In this document: positions 49,901 through 62,404 of the stretch, piece by piece
How positions within the stretch are numbered: the stretch's first letter is position 1
Layout of the letters: each line of letters starts with the position of its first letter
Source: Phoronis australis
Lineage: Eukaryota > Animalia > Phoronida
DNA: 64,000 nucleotides
Direction of reading: 5' to 3'
Assembly: GCA_002633005.1 (NCBI GenBank)
Contig: NMRA01000129.1
Span: forward strand, 434,628 to 498,627
Translations under genes and position numbers: made by a program
The notes under the pieces: model-generated
What the model saw: only the letters and a program-made list of their open reading frames with translations
Database searches by the model: none
What the model was told of the DNA's origin: nothing

Positions 49901-52900
49901 TCAGAATCAGCTAAACTACAATGAAAGTATGTGCCACAACCTTTTGGTTTGGCTCCTACTTTCTCAAGAAAGTGAACAAAAGAACTCAATTCACGTAGCG
50001 TGTTTTTACATTTAGAAAGAACACGGTTTTAAGAATAAAAAGTAACGTTTATAATTTCCATTTTAAGTTGTGATTAAAAAGAAATGCCCCATTACTAGGA
50101 TTGTTTAAGACCGCTATCAATTGATAACACTGGTACTGGTATTTACTTAGACTCATATCCGAATAATATTCATAACAATTTGGTCCACTAAAAGGTAACC
50201 CGAACACTTCTCTTAAAATTTTAATCTCAGTTCATGGTCCTCTGGAAATCGTGATCCCGTAATGCTAAATCACTCATTTTTACTACCGTTTTATCTTAAA
50301 ATCATACTCTTTCCCCATGAGACAAAAATCCCAAAGATATACATCAAATTGCCAGGAATTTCCTGCTGACCATATACGATTAAAGTTGGCAATGGACTTT
50401 TATTAATACAACTACGGTTGAAGACATCACTGCCTTCTCCCGATTCTACATGTAGCTTCCCAAAGGACTCCCGCGAAACTAAAATCGGCAGGAGTAACAG
50501 TGTTGTATTCAAGTCTACTGTCTTTTTGTACAAGTGACCACAAACATCTACATATTTTGTTTTCTCAGTTTCTTAGAAATTAGGAGCAAGTCGGATGGTT
50601 CATTTATATTTTGAGTGGTTTACAAACGCGGTTGAGAGGCGGACCTGAGCAGCCCGATGGTTAGTTCCTTGAGTGGACCTTAACCGACAGCGGAGGATGC
50701 GTTCACATCCGTCTCACCCCTCTTGGCTACAGGCACGTTTGTGGAATCGACAAATATACCGGGAGTTTTAGAGAGTTCCATTAAAACTGGAAACAGATAA
50801 AACTGTCCTTCCTCCTGTTTCCAATTCTACAGCATGATCCCTGAAGGTGTCATTTCCGAGGGTCTGGAAGTCATGTTTGTTTTTTATTCCCAATTAATCA
50901 TTTTCAAACATTTGTTATATGTTCCAAGTTTTATCTATTCTACCCGGTTTGTTTTACTCCATTGTTTTTGATATAGCATAGGATTATGTCGGGTTCGTAT
51001 TTTGATATACCATAGGATAATGTCGGGTTCGTATTTTGATATACCATAGGATAATGTCGGGCTCGTATTTTGATATAGCATAGGATAATGTCGGGTTCGT
51101 ATTTTGATATAGCATAGGATAATATCGGGTTCGTATTTTGACATAGCATAGGATAATGTCGGGTTCGTATTTTGATATACCATAGGATAATGTCGATTTC
51201 GTATTTTGATATACCATAGGATAATGTCGGGCTCGTATTTTGATATACCATAGGATAATGTCGGGTTCGTATTTTGATATACCATAGGATAATGTCGGGT
51301 TCGTATTTGATATACCATAGAATAATGTCGGGTTCGTATTTTGATATACCATAAGATAATGTTGGGTTCGTATTGTTGTTGGCTAAGTATACTACCATTG
51401 CCATGCATATTTGCCTCGCGAATGATAATGCGTCCATTGGCGTCAAGGTGAAGTCTTGTCTAGTACCGTCTTTGCGCATATAAAGATAATGAATCTCCAT
51501 GTTGCCTGCATGGTTCGTAAGGAACTCGCCTAGGTGGGCGCAATTTCTGCAAAAGCAAGGTAGTTTTCCAATGATTTGAGTGTCACAAAGCAATGACACA
51601 GATGGTCACATTAGACCGATGACAGTTAGTGTCATCTAGCTGAACAGAATAGATACGTCACAACTTCTATTTGTGTCGACAGACCGTAGAATCATGTGCA
51701 CTCTTTGCATGTACATGACAATGGGTCATTCTCTGCTCAGTGATCGAAGAAGGACTAGAAGAATTCGGCATGTCCGTCAAGTAGCCCCGTGCAAAATAAG
51801 CGAAAAACAATCAATTAAATTTAGCAGTGCGAAATCAGGTGTTGCCAAATAGGTGGATAAGTCGTCGAAGCATTCACTTTCACACTTTGGACTAAGTGGT
51901 TCATGATGCAAACTTACCTTCTTTTTATCTGAAGGGTAATAAAAAAACACCAGGCCCTCGGGGTTCATGAAAACTTCCCATTTAAAGTCATTGGTTCAAA
52001 ACCTGAACAAGGGACATATTTGAGTAATTTTAATATGGTCCAACATAGGAAAGAACACACAACAACCTAAAAGTGACCAGGCTGAGCAGGTGGGGGTCCA
52101 GACCCCCTCGACTCCCTTCTGGATACGCATTTTAATGCTTTTGTTTTAATACAAATCCCAACCTTTCTTGCGATCGACTTTCATCAGAATGGCATGCTTC
52201 GTGGGTTGCAAGAGTCACAGTTATTTTCGGCTTTTGGGTTTGAACAACTGATAATAAAGGCTGGTAACAGGCGTGTACTAGAATAAAACAGAGATTGCTG
52301 ACTGCCTAATATAACGACCGGCCTTTGTCTGATGCTTGTTAACCTTTTAGATAAGTGGCCGGTAGCCCTACTTAACAATGAAACTGGCAAAAAGTGTCAC
52401 TATCGTGGCATCGTCAAAAGAATAAACAATTTGTAATTGGGCTCTGTACACTCTAAGCCTAGTTTTACTCGATGAATATTCCTATGGTCAGATACCCAAA
52501 AGGTTTTTGTTACAGTTTTTGACCTCCCAAATAGCGTGAAATGTCACTTTAAGTTAAAGTTAAAAAACGTTTTCAGAAATACTCGAGTCCACAGTTAGAT
52601 GAACATGCATAGCGCGTGCGCACTGATTTGGCATAGAACAGGGACCCCTTCCAGGAAACTGACTTGCGTTCATTTTTTACTTAAGTCTAAGATTTGTCTA
52701 AGCTTCGCAACTTTGTAAAGATTTAAAAAAAATAAGTAATAAACTTAAGTCACACTTAACATTTCTTCCTTGAAACGGACTTGAGGCAAATTTACGTTTT
52801 ATTTTAAAATTGGCTGAAATTTAAGATTTGTTTTAGCTTAGTCAGTTTTCTTGAAACAGGCCCCCTGGTGAACAAGCCTATCATGAGCTCTGTTGAGACG

Positions 52901-55900
52901 CGGCGATAAATGCAGATTTCGATTAAAATAGCAAGTCGATGACGAAAACAACACTCGATAGTATATTAACGTGTAGCGTGAGTGCTGCGTGTTGTTTGGA
53001 CGCAGAAATTTACAGATTATTCATGAAGTTAGTGTTTATCCACACAGCAGTGAGCTGTTTCTGGTGTCTAGTGATCACTTTGCTCACTTACTAGTGCTTT
53101 TTGACTTGACTGGGGAATTTTGACTTTTAGGTCTCAAGGAGTGTCATTGTAATCTCTACATCGCATGAGGAATACTAAGCTGTTCCGTTCTTTCAAAGTT
53201 TGAACTGTGTTTTCTTCAAATAAGTGTCTTAAACAAAGAGGTATTCCGTTATTTTTAGCGCTGACCAAAGTATACGAGTGTATTCGATGACTGCCGTGAG
53301 TAACTCCTATTTTGTGATTTATAAAACAAAGCGAAAAGCTCTGCCGATGCGTCGCCATCTTGTCACTGGAGAATGCAGTTCTCTTTGCAAATTAAAACAA
53401 TCTACCCAAAATGTGTCGGTGATCACATGCTTTTTGGCAGAAGACTTCCTCGTTCACTTGTTGTTTTGCACATTCAAACTGTGGCTTTATGAGCGAAAAA
53501 AGCGGGCTTGCATGGTTGTATTGCTAATAGTCTTTTTACTAAAAAAGAAACCTGAATAACATCTGATTTGAGGCATTTCTGTGCTAGCAAATGTAAGCGA
53601 GTCTTTTTGAGGATTACCAATTAGTAACTTTCCTGTTTTGTGATTGAAATTTCAAAAGAAACAAATGAAGCAAGTCAAATTATTGTTGATGCCTCGCAAA
53701 TTTGCCACTGGTTAAAGCTTTCTTTCTGGTCAAAAGTAAAAGAGTGCTGCGAAGAAGTTAAAATCCGAAAACTGAGTTAGCCGATCATATGCGAGCTCAA
53801 AAAGTTAATGACGGCTGTGATAAAAAATATTCAAGCATAGTGACTCGGGTCACATTCACGTGACAATTGACGCCTTTTACGTGTTACTGTAAAGGGAGAT
53901 TTCTGCAGCTTATTGAACGCAATTACGCCTTGACACCACCTTTTCAAGTGGTCAGCTTGGCGATCACGTTAGAGCGGAACCAATGACTTTTCTATTCTAA
54001 AACAAATGCTCTGGCGTTATCCTTCTAATTAGACCGGTAAGTTTGATTGGAGGAGAAATCACGTGTTTACCTGAGGAAGTTAAGAAGACTTCCACATGAA
54101 GCGTATTCCATCACCAGAGCTAGCGGATCACACTGTGTGATGGCACCCACCAGGGATACAATGTGGGGGTGTTGGCCTAAGTTCTTCATCATGCAGATTT
54201 CCTTCCGCAGCATTTCTCTGCAGCTATCCGGGGCATCATCTGCATTAACATGAGGTACAGCATGGCAGACAAAATGGTAATTTATTTATTTTTACAGTAG
54301 TAGGGCACCTAATAACTTGCAGGCGTAGGGGTGAATCCGTGGCGATCGGCATAGATGAAGAGGCGGAAACAAGGCGGAGTCGAGAAAAGAAAACACAGCA
54401 AAACAGATACAAGAGAGAACATTTATCAACTCCTGGGGTGCACTTAGCCTTCAAACGGCACCTGAAAACGTGCCCTAAATCATACATAATGGAAAAATCC
54501 CAGAAAAAGTGGAACTCACAACAAACAAATTCATATTTTAAATTAAAGAAGATCGTTTTCACGAAATTATCAGTCACTCTCACTTTTCGTTTTTTCGAAA
54601 TTTCGTCATATCACTCGATGCAAATTGGGAACCAGCTGGGTTGAGTTGCATAAAGCTTCAAAAGTTATCCGCTGGATAAGTGTAATTGTTGCATGCCGTC
54701 AAGTGCATTGTTCAACAATAACAACGTGGCGCGTGATAATGCGACGTCATTGTTGCTATACGGCGTATAACTTTTATGCAACCGGGCCCTGGCGGACAGT
54801 AACAAGCTACCACTAGAATGAACCATAATTCACATTAACAGGAATATATTAAGATTTCTTTGACGAGGGAACCCTAACACCCCTTGCCATTCCCCCTATA
54901 GTTACTCAAGTTTCAGGTGGTTGCCTCCTTGGGATTTGCTTCCCTCTCCCCCAACTTTCGCACCTCTGTGCAAGATGGTAGGAGGGAAAATTGGCAACGA
55001 CCTGGGGTACGGAAAAGGTAGTGATAGAGATTAAACGGACATGTGTGACCCCGGAGTAGTTTGCGCCCTCCCATAAGGTTTACCTTACTACGGGCCTGTA
55101 TTGGCAGTTAAAATGACTGGCATTCAATGAAGGAGATATATACAACAATAAGACTGCTAATGTCCACTATCCTAATTTCCTCTAGGCCTATCGCGTTTGC
55201 CGTCCTGAACAAACACGTATGGTCAAGATGAGGACAATATCAAACACGATGCCTCATCATTTGTCTCACCTTTCAACATTTTAACAGCAACTTTTTGATT
55301 CCCCTTGTAGGCCAAAAACACTTTTCCAAATGCACCTTGCCCAATGGATGTGCAGAATCGAATCGAGTTTGGTTGCAACTCCCATTCGTCAGTTTCCGTT
55401 CTCAGAAGTATGCTTTGATCGAAGTTATCTAAAATATACAACAAAAATGTAAAATACATAACAGAAGAGCAACTTAAAGCGTTGAAATCTATCGTTGGCC
55501 AAATAGGTTAACTTAACGCACGTAATTACGTGCTTAAATTAATTTTTGTTAACGGTGCAAATTAATTCTTTGTGGCGTAAATCAATTCTTTAAGGCGCAA
55601 ATTAATTATTGGCGGTGCGAGTTAACTTTTAAAAGCGTAAACTAATTTTTGTGGTGTAAATTAATTATTTGCGGCGCAAACTATCTTTTAACGGAGTACT
55701 AAATTTTAATTAGAAATAATTGTGGCGTAAATTAAAGTTACTTTATTTGCGTAATTTACGCGCGTAAATTACCTTTAATTTATGCCGTATATAATTTATT
55801 TACGCCATTAAAAATTAATTTACCTGGCAAATAAGTAATTTAGCCAGAATTTTGCCCGTCAGACATTCGCAGACCCGAACTGCCAAATGGAATCTGGGAG

Positions 55901-58900
55901 AATTTTAGGGGGGCCATGACCCCTTGATCCCCTTCTAAATACGCCACTGCTATGTATTACTTACTGCGACGCAACTTTACAACACGTAAAGCCCTGTGCG
56001 TAAATAGAAACACCATCGGTTCGAAATTTGTATATGTCATTACATCACTATTAGCTCTGTTTATCAAAATGTTAGTGGACCCAGTTCGGTTAGGGCTTAA
56101 ATGTTTAGTGAAAGGTCTGACAAGATTTGATTTCATGTGCTTCTCTCTGCGATTTCCGAAACTAATATGTATGAATTGGGTAGTTTTGATCTCGCTTTAA
56201 AAGAACAGCTACAAATTACCCAAACAGCGGATCCCATTTTCTAATAAAGTAAGTCTCTCTGCTTTTCTAGATAGTATTTCTTTCCCAAATGAGCTCTGGC
56301 AATCTGGGAATTCCTTAAAGTTGTACGCTCTAGGCCAAATAAAGCTGGGTAACTCTATATAGTAAGCCAAATTTACCGTTTGAATTAAGACACTCCAGAG
56401 CTCAGGGTCTAAAGTCTCGTCCACTCACAGCCTAACCTAGAACAACTTACACTGGTGCAACTTACCTACTTTAAGTGGAGCGCCGATAACTAGGGTAAGG
56501 CGGAAGTGGTCTCTGTGCGTGACAGGGAACGGCCGCAAAAGAAAACCCGTACTTCCGCCTTGCACCCAGGTTTGCTGTCACACCAGCAGAGGTTACAAGT
56601 GGCGCAAGTAACCCCAGAACAAATTATTGTCGATAGGGAGGCTATGTGAACGTTATTTAAACTAGTGCAATTTACCTCACTAGTGGCAAGTTAAGTCCAG
56701 TCCATACAGCCTTCCGCTAGGTTTGTGGCCACACAGGAATTAGGAGAAGTGGCACAACTTACCCTAAAACAAGTTACGCTATCTCGATATGGTAGTTTTC
56801 ACTAGTGATGTAAGTGGACTAGTTTAAATAGCCTCAACACATTCTCCAAACCTAGCGACAACTTGTTCCCGGAGTAAGTTGTTCTAGTGTAACTAAAATC
56901 CGTGTTTGGACGGCACGCAATCGTTTTACTCGAAATCGAAGTCAAAATAAGTTTGACGATCCTAGTTTGCACTTGATGTTCCTAGCATTGAGGCTAAAAG
57001 TTCGAGTCAAAACTCGAAATTTCTAGATTTACTCGATTTTGCTCGAGTTTGTAGCACAATCTAGTGGTCATCAAGTGCAAACTTAGACTAGAAAATAATA
57101 TGCATAAACCATGATGTACTTGAGCACGGATTAATCATCATTTATCTTGAGTTCACACAAAAGTAGTACAGAGAATGACAAAAATAACTTCGAATTCGAC
57201 TTTGAGTAAACAGATTAGATCCTGCGCCCCTGCACCCAGTTGGATGAAACAGTTACAAACAGGGACTCAGTTACATTCCTTAACGAGTCATATATCTGTC
57301 GGATATTACTGTCATTCAGCATAGTTTTTAAAATACGCATTGTCACCTGTGTACGATCTATCAAATAAAGATTAAAGAGTAAAACAGTATAAAATAAAAT
57401 AAAGACGAATGTTGGTAAGAAATGTATTAAAATCCCAAATTATCCAGCACTGGGTTTTTTACGGGGTGCAACAGACAGCAGACTTGACCTCAGTGTTCCC
57501 GGAGTCTGTTACACCTTGTGAAAAAGAAGTGTTGGGAATTTAATATATTTTATGGACATTCTTCTTTATACGTCTGAAGGTTGAATTATAAAAAAAACGG
57601 TAAACGCGCCAACTCTTTAAAAACGTTGTTTTTCTAAACACATGGTTGGCGGCTTATTTACCATTTTGACAATGTGCATATTAAAATTGGAGTTTGTTTA
57701 ACCATCGTGCATGAAAACCTTGAGATCAGATAATTTGTTTTGAAAAGACTCTGTAATTGTTATTCCTAATCACCTCCGAGCAACAAATGGGGATGCTTTT
57801 ATACTGAGGTGTGACGGGATAATAAGAATGGTGTTGATTGAAAAACGGCCAGAAGACGCGTCTTATACAGTATAAATCTTTTATTTTCAAAGGTTTAGGG
57901 CTGACCGCACATTCTTCAGTGTTATTTGGAAAAACGTAGCAGTTGGAGAAAGGTGGTCATGCATGTATGTCCGAAACGTTTGCAAACAAAGGGTTATACC
58001 TTTTTAGGTGTCTTTTTGTCCTTGTGGCTGTAATTTCCATGCTAGGCTACTGGTCGGCATGGTACTGTTTTTTTAATAGCTGCCTACAGAAAGCAAATTG
58101 CCCTACCTATTTGATCCGACTCGAGGAACGGTTCACGATGGTTGTTCGAGAAGCGCGATGCTGTTGCTCGTCGATGCAATTTTACGAGCGCAACTACGCA
58201 TGCAAAAGCGCCTCCTATCGAGGCAATTGCGATTATGATCATCATTGCAACATTGGTGTTACGGCGCCCGTTGTCTTTTGCAGCATGTTGAGTGTCTTCT
58301 GTATCAATTTTCCTTCCTCGAGGTTTGACGCCAGTAGTGTCGACTTCTAAGACACCCACCAACGTGTCGCTGTTGATTATGGTGGCCTGTAACAGGAACA
58401 GGCACCCGTTTTCAAGTCTATGGTAAAATAACGAGCCATAGGCTTGATTGTTTCCAGCCTAAGCATGATATCTACTTCGATAAAGGACGCTGTCACGTAT
58501 TTTACGGAATACCGCCTTGTAACTGCATCGATGGATTAAAAACAATTGTGCTGGCACATTTTTGTCTTCAAGTCAACCCATCTCTTCATCAATGCCATCC
58601 TCATCCAGAGATTGTAAAAATTGTCATATGAATTTAAAGCCTTAAGAAGACAGAAAAACGGCAGAACCATAATATGATTAGATATATTCCCCCGATACAT
58701 GTAAGATATTGATCAAATCCTGTAATGTGATAAATTTCAATTGTTTTTGTAAACGAGGAAAGTTCGAAACCTAAGAGTTGTTACAAGGTAGTTTTAGTTC
58801 ATCGTACAATATAGTTTCTCATACCTCAACATCGTAAATCACACCCGGCTCAAAGTGGAGCACAACGTAACCCATCTTGTCTGGGACATCCTTTACGACT

Positions 58901-61868
58901 GTAAACGTGATATTGTGACCTTCGTGAGCAAAGGCCCTGAACTGAAGTTTTCCGTCTCCCCAGGGTAACCAAGATATACTACCATAACACACCACACCGT
59001 CACATGTGATGTTGTTTAGAGTGAAGTTGAACCGGTGTGCTACAAAAGAAACAAATCATACTTTTCGTATACCACTATATCTATGACATCGTATGAAGGT
59101 CGCAAGGTATGGTTTAACTTGCGACATAGATACAGCAATACAGGTCGCATGGATATCGTACCTTGGGCGCACATCAGCCGGTTACCGATAAATGCTTGCC
59201 ATTATCTTTATTATAAGAAGGAAACCAAAGTGAACAATGGATACGCCAATCTACCAATCTCTACATGCGCGCACTCAGCTTTTAATATGAGGGGCTCGAA
59301 TCTCTGACAAAGTGGACCTTTTGCTAACAAAAAAGCTGGAGGACTAAAAAAAACGGGTTACCACCTTCAGGTCTGTGAACTGTGCGTCTGCGCCTTTTTA
59401 GTGGACTTTTGTCTCGTTTTCTCGGACTTTTTGTTTCTCTGAGGTGGACCTTTTTACCCACTTCGCCTAATGGGGGGGGGCTCNCCCCCCCCCCCTCCGG
59501 GTGCGCGCATGCTCTATGCGACGAGCTAGTGACCTACCGTTAGTTTCACATGAGAACTTTATTTATTTATTGAAGTATTCCTGCTATTGATTCCATGTGT
59601 TAGTCTTCCAATCGTATGTCAAAAATATGAATAGTACTTGCTGTTTTATATTTCCCATTGCTTACTTGAATTATATTGTGTTGTGAGCTTTAAGGATATA
59701 CTGTTTTTTATTGCATTTCACTAATTGTTATATAAGATAATGAACGTATTAGATATCTCTTGCTAACTCTCTCTACGAAAGATCCACGTTGAACAAATTA
59801 GTACACAAGTACAGTTTCGTAACGGCATTTTAGCGCACTGATTGATCGAAGAAACTTATCATAGCAATTTAAAAAAGAACTCGTTCGCTACGACACAGAA
59901 TATCAGAATACCAAAACATAGTTCACACCCAAAAATGATGATGCAACCACCAACAGCCGAAATATCACATCATCAACACCACCATCATCATAATCACCTC
60001 GGCCATCATTAACATCACCGTCATCCCCACCATCAACATCAATAAGGTCATATGGGACCTCATCGACAAGCCTACATTTAGCCAAATATCTCTAACATTC
60101 AACTCGGCAAAAGTGTACATTTTCTAATTTTACAAAATCTGTAGAATTTGATTTTTCGGTTTATACCAATCTGCCACCGTCCGGGTCACGTGACCAAGTC
60201 TTTTTAGTAAAATTTTGCAAAAAAGAAAGGTAAATCCATTCGAAAACGACAACATCAATAACATGAGCAAAATACAGGGAGACCTGTTTGAAAATGTTTT
60301 ATTCTTATACCACCTCAATGTACAAACTAACACTGGCATAACACAGTGGCAGAGTCATAAACATAGACCTCATAAAAATATCGCTATTTTGTACCCTTTC
60401 GGAGGTTAGGTCGGGAAAAGCGTACAATCTGCACGCTCGTGAAAACAGTATTAATTGCGAACGGTTCATAAATGTGAAAGGAGCCTACGCTGTTGAAAAG
60501 TTCACGATGAAGTCAAATGACGAATGGATACAAATATGGATGAAGCTCGGCTTGAATTGTCGCCCGACTTCCCCCGGAATTGAATTCAGCGTTGTAGTCT
60601 CCGAGATGCGTGTTAAGTAAACGTGAAAATTGACCAAATTGGTAACTTAATAGTTATCCATGGGTGTATCTCTTGCGCCATATTGATCGAGGATTACGAG
60701 TTTAAAACCACTTTATATAAAAGCTTCATACTCGGTTTCTACTGTTGTTTCCTATTGAAGCACCAATCCCAAAACCTAATAGTCGTGAGCCTTATCACTT
60801 TTTTGGTCCCCATGTTGCAGCTACCAAAGGTGGTAGCTTCAGAAGAGGTGGGGTCGTACGTACGACTTGTTCATCGTCGTCTGCATAATGCCTCTTCAAT
60901 CACATTGCCTGTGCTATAATGACATGAATCTGGGCCCGGGTTCTAATCTTTCACTCGAAATCGAACTCGAGATTATTTTTGATGCTTTCGATTTTACAGT
61001 TGTGCGAATTCAAGATATGTGACTAAAATTCTGTGCACGAGTGCATTACCGTCTAATCATAGTTTGCACTTTATGATCCCAGAATTAAAGTTACAAGTTC
61101 GGGTCTGGACAAGAAACTTTGAGTTGTTTTTCGAAATTTTGAGTGTTTGCTACAGTTTGTAACTACACTCTAAGGGTTAACAACCCATCAGCATAAACCA
61201 TAATGCAGAACGGAAAATGTCAAAAATAGTTTCGAGTTCAATTTCGAGTGTAAAGATGTTAAATGTAATCTTTCTCATGCAATTCGTACATTATAAGTCA
61301 TTGTTCACTATTTAAACGTAATTTATAGTTATTGTGTTTCTAGGATTAGTTTTATGTGGGCAATTATTTCTTGCTGCATTCCGTCGTATATCAAAAGCGT
61401 ATCCAGTGGCGGATCTAGAGGGGGCCAAGGGGGCCATAGCCCCCTAAAATTCTCCCAGATTACATTTGACGGTTCGAGGATGCGAATGTCTGACGGACAA
61501 AATCCTGACTAATACTCTGTCCTGGCTCCTCCTAACTCAAAATCCTGGATCCGCCACTGGTATCTGCAGTAAACTTTATCATATCACATCAGATCATAGC
61601 GTGTCATATTTTAACCTGTCAGGATCTACAGACTGTAGCAGGTACTATAGTAGTAACACCGCTGTACACTTGTCTAGCACTTACCTTTCGTGAAGGGTGT
61701 TGAGCAATCCGACTCAAATGACTTAGGAGTATAAAACTCAACTGTACGAATCATGCTACCGCGCTTGGCCTTGACAGCAAGTGTATAGCGTGTGTTGTAG
61801 AAGGCGCAAAAATCACTGCTCGTTCTCTTTAATAAATCAAGTTTAAAAAAATTACAAATTGTCATGTT
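43989..61868 (-). CDS. Receptor tyrosine kinase with FN3-like ectodomain and RET/FGFR/Torso-like kinase, >=572 aa, 5' end unresolved; exons 61868-61685, 59039-58825, 58386-58107, 55428-55270, 54239-54071, 51546-51396, 47936-47681, 47182-47086, 44196-43989
   Basis: TM segment [25 protein letters not shown], then [88 protein letters not shown] and CW...RPSF. FN3-like [10 protein letters not shown] and [11 protein letters not shown]. All eight junctions are GT-AG and phase-consistent. A possible further exon ends at 62988 (low confidence). Confidence 0.9.
44736..45400 (+). mobile_element. Decayed Ty3/Gypsy LTR-retrotransposon integrase fragment in the last RTK intron
   Basis: Interrupted translation [38 protein letters not shown] / PYHPSTN / VQTLKRSL / [11 protein letters not shown]...FALLKP...QEQQK...FETGQVV...KRWIRG matches the Gypsy integrase core (GLPExIVSDNGPQF, PYHPxSNG, PHxTTGxxP). 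It contains stops and frameshifts. Confidence 0.85.
48351..48498. mobile_element. ~150-bp MITE family, copy 1 (degenerate right end)
   Basis: GAGTTGCATAAACCTTCAAAAGTTATCCGCTGGATAA...GATAATGCGACGTCATTGTTGCTATACGG is shared with 54638-54789. Confidence 0.75.
50966..51372. repeat. 34-bp minisatellite, ~12 copies (TTTTGATATACCATAGGATAATGTCGGGTTCGTA)
   Basis: Unit starts recur at 51000, 51034 and so on with no unique spacers. It explains the repetitive ORFs at 50935-51599. Confidence 0.95.
54638..54789. mobile_element. ~150-bp MITE family, copy 2, with terminal inverted repeats
   Basis: GGGTTGAGTTGCATAAA ... TTTATGCAACCGGGCCC; homologous to 48351-48498. Confidence 0.75.
56437..56887. mobile_element. 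TIR-bounded palindromic element
   Basis: CTAGAACAACTTAC (56437) is inverted as GTAAGTTGTTCTAG (56874-56887), with internal inverted subrepeats. Confidence 0.6.
56920..57229. mobile_element. ~310-bp MITE family, copy 1
   Basis: TTTACTCGAAATCGAA...TAGTTTGCACTT...TTCGAATTCGACTTTGAGTAAA; same layout as 60932-61258. Confidence 0.6.
59264..59511. mobile_element. MITE with 11-bp TIR and 5-bp TSD CTCTA
   Basis: CTCTA/CATGCGCGCAC ... GTGCGCGCATG/CTCTA. Confidence 0.75.
60932..61258. mobile_element. ~320-bp MITE family, copy 2
   Basis: ATCTTTCACTCGAAATCGAACTCGA is inverted as TCGAGTTCAATTTCGAGTGTAAAGAT; homologous to 56920-57229. Confidence 0.65.
61404..61559. mobile_element. ~156-bp MITE with 5-bp TSD GTATC (same family as 1729-1881)
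   Basis: GTATC/CAGTGGCGGATCTAG ... CCTGGATCCGCCACTG/GTATC. Confidence 0.85.
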
Positions 61869-62404
61869 CTGCAAGTATCATGTCAGTTTTCGTTATTCTC
61901 AGCACTTTATGATCGCATAGTCTAACTTCTGACTGTGTCCACACGATCCGCTTTCATTTCTTTTTCTCATCAACGTGAAAACAATTAGTTTTGTAGTGCG
62001 ATGGTAGTGTGGCCGTAAGAAATCAAACAAAATGCTGATACTTATCTAATATTGTTGGTCAAGAAAAAGTTGCTTTCGTGTACAAACGGCTTATTCGGCA
62101 CAATATTCGTTAGTTTCCGTATGAGGTTATGTCTACATACATGATAACGTCATGTGGATTGTAACTAGAATTCGCACCACATACTGGAGCCCTGCGAAAA
62201 TGGGCAGGCGCTGTTTTCTTTATAGAAACACATTTGTCAAATTTCCAAAGTTACAGAGCAGATGGGAAAATGTAAAATTGCCACATGGGGCAGTGCAGCA
62301 GTCGGGTACGATTTATCGGCCAAGTTAAGCCGATGAGCTTTTGTTAACAAGAACACCCCTATTTCATGATAATCAAAAACTTGCTAGATATCAATGCATG
62401 TTAG

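Noticed and set aside
50966-51372. Regular ~34-bp repeats suggestive of a CRISPR array
   Set aside because: Head-to-tail units with no unique spacers, no cas genes, eukaryotic intron.
59903-60085. Asp/Gly-rich ORF in an RTK intron
   Set aside because: Degenerate (CAT/CAC)n low-complexity tract; the flanking RTK exons already join in phase.
60400-60920. Possible extra RTK ectodomain exons
   Set aside because: No stop-free minus-strand frame with compatible phase-1 splice sites was found.
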